In this document: in pieces, positions 58,391 to 64,000 of the stretch
How positions within the stretch are numbered: the stretch's first letter is position 1
Layout of the letters: each line of letters starts with the position of its first letter
DNA from: Elsinoe ampelina
Lineage: Eukaryota
Assembly (NCBI GenBank): GCA_010093995.1
Contig: ML992503.1
Coordinates: 1,355,234-1,419,233, forward strand
Length of the DNA stretch: 64,000 nt
Direction: 5' to 3'
Notes under the pieces: generated by a model
Databases searched by the model: none
What the model was told of the DNA's origin: nothing
What the model saw: only the letters and a program-made list of their open reading frames with translations
Made by a program: the position numbers and the translations under genes

Positions 58391-59831
58391 CTACTCAAAG
58401 ACAATGACAGGCTTGACAGTGTCGGGATGCTTGACGCTATCCAGACACTCTGCCCACTGCTCCAAAGTAAACTTTTTGTTTGCAATGCCCTTGACCTTCA
58501 CTCGTCCAGAATCCAGGTAGTGAACAGCCGTAGGGAATCTGATAACCTCGCTGACGCCGCCGATGATGGTGATCTGATCACCGAGGATCTTGGTGGGAGC
58601 CCAAGTTACGCGAGCCTCGCAGCTGGCAATGCCGAAGATGGCCAATTTGCCACCGCGGCGGACGTAGCTGAGAGCGTCCTCAATGACCTTCTCAACGCCG
58701 GTAGCATCTATGACCACATCCCATCCGGCAGGGGTTTGGCGTGACCGCATTTCGTCAAGTATGGCTGCATCTCCGCCGTTGCCGTTGAGCTCGACGTAGT
58801 TGGTGGCGACATTCAGAGCTCGAGCTCGGTCGAGCTTTGCACCACCCAGTGATACAATGGTGACATCGTAACCACCGTTCTGACCAAGTAGCTGTGCGAG
58901 GAGTAGACCCGCAGGTCCTGCACCAAACACAAGTACTGAATCACCTGGCTTTGGTGCGATCCGGTTGGTCATCTGCACAGCGCAGGAGGCAGGTTCGCAC
59001 AGACAAGCTTCGAGATCAGTGAGGTTGTTGTAAGGGATGGCCTTGCAAGATGGGAAGGCGCAGTATTCGGCGAATCCGCCAGGGGCTGGGGGCATGTCAG
59101 ATGGGGTTGCTCGACCATGAGCATATTTCGTCGACTTACCTCGAACGCCGTGAACGGTCATGTTCTCGCAAAGGAGGAGCTCTCCCTTGAGACAGAAGTA
59201 ACAGTCGTTGCATGGCGAGTTGGCACCGCAGGCAACCTTCTGTCCAACCCGGAGACGAGACACCTTGCTACCAACTTGTACAATAGTCCCTACAGCTTCA
59301 TGTCCTGCATACCGTTAGGGCTGCACTTGATCGGAAGCGACCGGACGGACCTGGAATGAGGGGATACTGAGATCGTCAAATCTAGGCTATTCTAGCTTTT
59401 CGGAACGGCTTACCGAGGCAGAGAACTCTTTTGACATGTCGCCAAGGTGAATGTGGAGGTCCTGAAAAAGGACTAGTCAGAAACTGCATTGCAGGCGGTG
59501 AAAAGAGTGGTCCGTTGAGTACGTACAGTCGCGCAGACGCCGCATGCGCTGATTTTGACCTGGTCGCTGTTGTTAGATCTTGACTGGCCGTGTTTCATTC
59601 CTAATAGATATGCTCACCAATACCTCGTGCTCGCCCACTTCGGGGAGAGGCACTTGGACAATCTTGTAGTCCAGAGGCTTCTCATACCTGATGGAGTGGT
59701 CAGGATATGCCCGGGTTTCCTCGTCGCAATCCGTACCAAAGAGCCTTCATGGTCGCCGGAAGAACTTGGTCGACTGTGCCGTTGGTGTGACCATTGGTGT
59801 GGCCGTTGACCGTGCCGTCAGAGCCATCCAT
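58391..59831 (-). CDS. Zinc-dependent polyol/alcohol dehydrogenase (D-arabinitol dehydrogenase-like), ~7 exons
   Basis: MKALW|YEKP; CGVCAT|DLHIH; YPLIP|GHE; C..C..C.......C structural Zn site; VLVFGAGPAG. Confidence 0.88.
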
Positions 59832-60494
59832 AGTGCCTTGCAACATGACGAGTACTGCTAGTGTGCTGGAGAGAGTTGATGCGGTTGAATCGGTCGAGGA
59901 GTCCTGGCGCCTTGTCGCCGGCGTCGACATCCCATTTTATATGTCTCTGCCCGGTGGATGGAAGCTCGGATGGTTGTTTTGCCCCGTGGTAAAGTTCCCG
60001 TCTAGCGCTGATCCAGACGATGATAAGATGCAATTAAGCTCCTTGGAAGGGCCCCATTGAGCATGTCATGACGGCAATGATGCCGGCTGGAGCTGATTGG
60101 CGACATGAAACCCGAGATGGATGTATGAGTGATTTTGCTGGACTTTTGTCCAATTTATCCGCGACTTTGGTGTGTTGAAACACGCGCGACTGGGATCTCA
60201 ACATTTTGCTCATGGCGTTTTTTCCCGTCCACACCACCATCTCATCTTGTTCATCGTCAGGGTCTGTTCAACAGGAGTTGTACATACATTACAAGGCTGC
60301 ATACCATCTGCTCAGTATACTACAGACCCATCGGCGGAATCCGCGCTGTGAGTACTTGATGAGAGACCAACCTTCTGATGCGGCCTCCCAAATCGGGCAA
60401 TTTTCGTCCATCCCGAACGAGCATGTCCCGACAAACAGGCAAGGTTAAGTACCGAAAGGTGTCGACCTCTACTCTCTGTCACTATGTTGAAGCC

Positions 60495-61699
60495 ATGTTG
60501 TCTCTTCTAGTTGACGTTCGCAGCAGGATCACCGTCGACTGCGACACTCTGGATTCGTCAGGCATGTACCGAGATCTGCAGTCTTCGGTATGTACACCGA
60601 CCACCACCGTCGCTCAATAACTGGGACCATTCGTCAACTGCACCTCGAATCAAGTACGATATGCATTCATGACGAACCTCACGGCTACTGACATGCCAGG
60701 CTATACTCGCTTCCGAGCTATCAAACCCTCGACATGATGATCTCATCACCAAATCCATCCAGCAAGCAAAAGAACTTCATCAAACCTTCAACGACGTCTC
60801 CGTACCCGAGCTAGCAACCGACATCATGGTTCGCAGATCTTCAGCCATCCGGAACCCAATTCTGACCCTTGTCAGACCATCAACCTGTATGCCGGAACCG
60901 TCCCTCATCTGACGGGCCGCATTCACATCCAAACCGAATCCCTACCACTCCTGCTCGACAGCCAAGACCAGATCCCACGCTCAGCGTATGCCACCCCACC
61001 CCACGCATGGCGTTCCATCCCCCACTCTTACGCCTCTACCACATCTGACACCCCTCACCAGGCATCATCCGCCTCGCCGCCCACCTCCACCCCTCCTTGA
61101 AAGACAGGATCTGCATCAAAATCCCCTCCACCTGGGAAGGCCTCCTAGCATGCCAACACCTCGAACTCACCGGCATCAGAACCCTAGCCACAACCCTCTT
61201 CACCATCGAGCAAGCCACCCTCGCCGCCCATGTCAAATGCACCTACATCGCACCCTACGTCAACGACCTCAAAGTCCACTTCATCAAGGACCACATCGAC
61301 CCAGACCCAGGCTTCGACCTCACTCATGCTGCAAAGCTGTACTTTTCCCGCATCGGGACAGAGACGAAAGTCATGCCAGCCAGTCTGACCAGCGTCGACG
61401 AGATCATCAGACTCGCGCGGAAGGCAGACCACATCACCATCGCGCCGCACTTGCTTCGTGAGTCAGCCGCCGCGCCGGCGGGGTCGATGCCTTCTCCAGC
61501 GGTCGAGGTTTCAGCAGGAGTGCAAGCATTGGCAGATGGGAACTATTCCACCGTCGGGCGAGATGAGAGTGCGTTCCGCGTGGCCATGACGAGGAGCGAA
61601 GTGGGTAGGAACGAGGAGAAACTCGTCGATGCCATCAGAATATTCTGCGAAGCGCAGGATCGGCTTGTGGCGATGGTGGAGAAGAGGATGGAAGCATGA
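60495..61699 (+). pseudogene. Transaldolase-like pseudogene
   Basis: VDCDTLD, LGPFVNCTSNQ, RICIKIPSTWEG, LATTLFT, YIAPY motifs; in-frame TAA 60618..60620, acceptor reads CCG at 60607..60609, +1 frameshift near 60936. Confidence 0.8.
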
Positions 61700-61869
61700 G
61701 CTGACGAAGGGCAAAGGCGGCATGGATATGCACGTTGATATATGAAGAAGCTAGACGTTGAGTAGAAGCTAGATCATTCAGTATGCATTCTTTCAGCAAG
61801 AGCAAGGAGCATAGAAGTATGCCTCGAATCATGCATGCCTATATCTGACTTTTCACGGGACCCTTTCCA

Positions 61870-62074
61870 TCAACAATCAACGACCATTGCCTCTTCCTCT
61901 CCAGCTCCCGCAGCGTTCTCGATCCCCTCCAACAACCCCTGTCCCTCACCCCCTCCCCTTCCCGTTTCCCTATCCTCAGCCTCCACACCTCCCCCGACCA
62001 TGACCTCCCTGTCCTCCGCCTCTTCCTCCAACCTCTCCCTCTCCCCCCTCTCCACCTCCCTCCTCCCCCTCATC

Positions 62075-62141
<67 letters not shown>

Positions 62142-64000
62142 ACGCCCCCCTCGCCGCCCTCGTCCGTCGCATCTTGCCTTGACTTCCCTGCGCCTCCCCG
62201 TGGAGCACCTCATGCAGCTTCCTCCTCTCCTCTTCCAGCTTGATGTCGTGCGCAGCAATCTGGCGCACGTAAGGGGCGATGTCTGTCGAGATGCAGGGGA
62301 GGGGGGAGAGGAGGAAGGTGTACCCCCCTGTTCCGCTTGATTGTGGGGCGGAGGTCGAGGGCGGGGGGTAGGAGAGGGGGTCGAGGGCGGTGTAGAATTT
62401 TGTGGCTGGGAGGGGAAGGAGGGCTGGGGAGGGTGGAGTGCGGATGAGATTGTGGAGGCGGGAGGAGGAGGGGAGAGGGAGGGAGTGGACTTTGGAGAGG
62501 AGGAAGGTCGTGGTTATGGTGAGCTGTTTGCTGAGGCCGGAGGGTTCGGTGACGGGATCGGCTTGGAGGAATGTTGGGTAGTCGGTGTAGCTGAGGCGGC
62601 TCTTGGTGGAGATTTGTGGAGTGGTTGCGTCGAGGGGAGTGGAGAGGGAGCAGCCGAGTTGAGAGAAACGTGATGAGGAGATTCGAGACAAGACGTCCGC
62701 GGTGGGGAGCAGGTCGAGAGCGCTCAGTGTGTCTGCCATGTTTTCCATCGACTTCAGCGCCGCGAGTCGGTCTCTTTGGTTGAGAGGTGTTGGACTGATG
62801 ACGAGTGGCAACTCCGTCAGCTGCAGATGAGATTCATCTCGAGGATCCACGGCCCAATCTGACCATGCTTTTGAGAGCATTTCCTCGTAGTAGCAGTCAT
62901 CCTTGAGTGAGGAGTGATCGTTCGGCAAGACGCCCATGGCTGCATGGTAGCTCCCGTTGCTAACGACTCGCTGGGCATCCCCATGCTCGTCGACGCCGGT
63001 ACCTTCCGGAAACCTTTGAAAGATCCAGCTCAATCCTCCACGAGGGTCGCCGACTCCCATTTGACACCAGAACTGCAATTCTGTAATACTCGCTCGTAAA
63101 TCATGCCTTTTGGTTTCATACAGTGATGTGACAGCCTCGCGGCTGATGAGATGGCCCTCCTGCGCAGCCATGAGTAGCAAGTAGTCAACTGCCAGAGTGG
63201 CTGGAGCTGGAGACAACCGAAGGACAGTGTGAAGAACCAGGTCGTCAAGCGGCAGTGATGCCTCGCTCGTGCAAGTCATGACTATGGGCCGTCTCGACGT
63301 CGCCATGACAGAAAGTACGGTTGTCCAAAATGCCTTGTCCTCTTCGAAAAGTATATCGACCTCTTCCAGTAGAATGATAGACTGCTTCTGTTGCCTGTTC
63401 GATGTCGGCTTGGTTTGAACAGCAGGGACATTCTGCTTCTTCTTTGGTTTGGACGGGAGCTTTGGTCCTCCTATTGTGAAGAAAGAGCTCATGGTCCCTT
63501 GTCGACCCGAGTCGAGATCCTTCTGCAGTGCTGCAGCGTGACGAGAGGAGTCTTCATCTGCCGACACATTCCCTGGATCAGCCTTCTCATGGCTCACAAT
63601 ATGATTGCCGAGGACATCTCCTATCCTTTCAAGGACGTCTTTCCCACTTCTCCTGCTTCCAGCATTGATCTCAAAGACTTGGAAGCCAAGCTCTTTGGCA
63701 GCTGCAAAGACCATCGCTGTCTTGCCGCAACCATGTGGGCCACTCAACAGGACAGTGTTTGCCGTCTTCTTTGCATCATTCTGTGCACCCTCCAGGACCG
63801 TACGAATCATACTGCGTCCGCCACTATCTGCCTTGGAACCTTGCGAGAGGGGTTCGTTAAGCTCCGTCAATGCTCCCAACGTGTCCGTCTCGTCACCACT
63901 TGAGACGATGAAGTCGTCCCACTCCTCGTTCTTCTTCCTACGCTTCTTCTTCGGCTTCGCTTCGATAGGTTTGTTGGGACCCGAGGCCGAGACCATGGTT
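61870..64000 (-). CDS. ELG1: RFC-like PCNA unloader Elg1/ATAD5 (5' part outside window; C-terminus unreliable)
   Basis: GPHGCGKT Walker A, EINAGSRRSG, LLEEVD, DLRA, RRTRA. Confidence 0.85.
62076..62141. repeat. 66-nt poly-C (poly-G on the coding strand)
   Basis: Pure homopolymer inside the Elg1 C-terminal coding region. Confidence 0.95.

Noticed and set aside
50857..59831. Secondary-metabolite cluster (esterase, NmrA-like, dehydrogenase)
   Set aside because: No PKS, NRPS or terpene backbone gene and no cluster transcription factor in the window
1..64000. Autonomous transposons or RIP-degraded AT-rich blocks
   Set aside because: No transposase, RT or integrase motifs, LTRs, TIRs or AT-rich tracts seen

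Overview
Gene-dense, intron-containing filamentous-ascomycete DNA (short ~45-80 nt GT-AG introns with CTRAC/CTAAC branch sites; a Dothideomycete is my inference, unverified). About 32 genes are supported. Conserved genes include MGM1, a PPIL2/Cyp60 cyclophilin, MFAP1, PMP3, a short Sec2-domain protein, two MFS transporters, ATG16, a type I DnaJ, RAD5, NDUFAF6, an Mpv17/PXMP2 protein, RRP5, CDT2, EthD, an acyl-protein thioesterase, a CE15 glucuronoyl esterase, an NmrA-like reductase, a GH76 hydrolase, a polyol dehydrogenase and a partial ELG1. Most notable: (1) tandem orphan paralogs at 44.7-48.6 kb share an unrecognised ~110-aa helical domain and, with neighbouring orphans, have CAAT/ATTG-dense promoters and X-P-K N-termini; (2) a UCH-family pseudo-deubiquitinase has Arg in place of its catalytic Cys, His and oxyanion Gln; (3) a transaldolase-like pseudogene lies head-to-head with an intact polyol dehydrogenase; (4) recurrent strand-symmetric C-rich to G-rich switches cross exons and introns; (5) a tRNA-like Pol III relic sits beside a degenerate ~140-bp tandem repeat between two paralogous genes. 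All calls were made by eye; no database searches were run.
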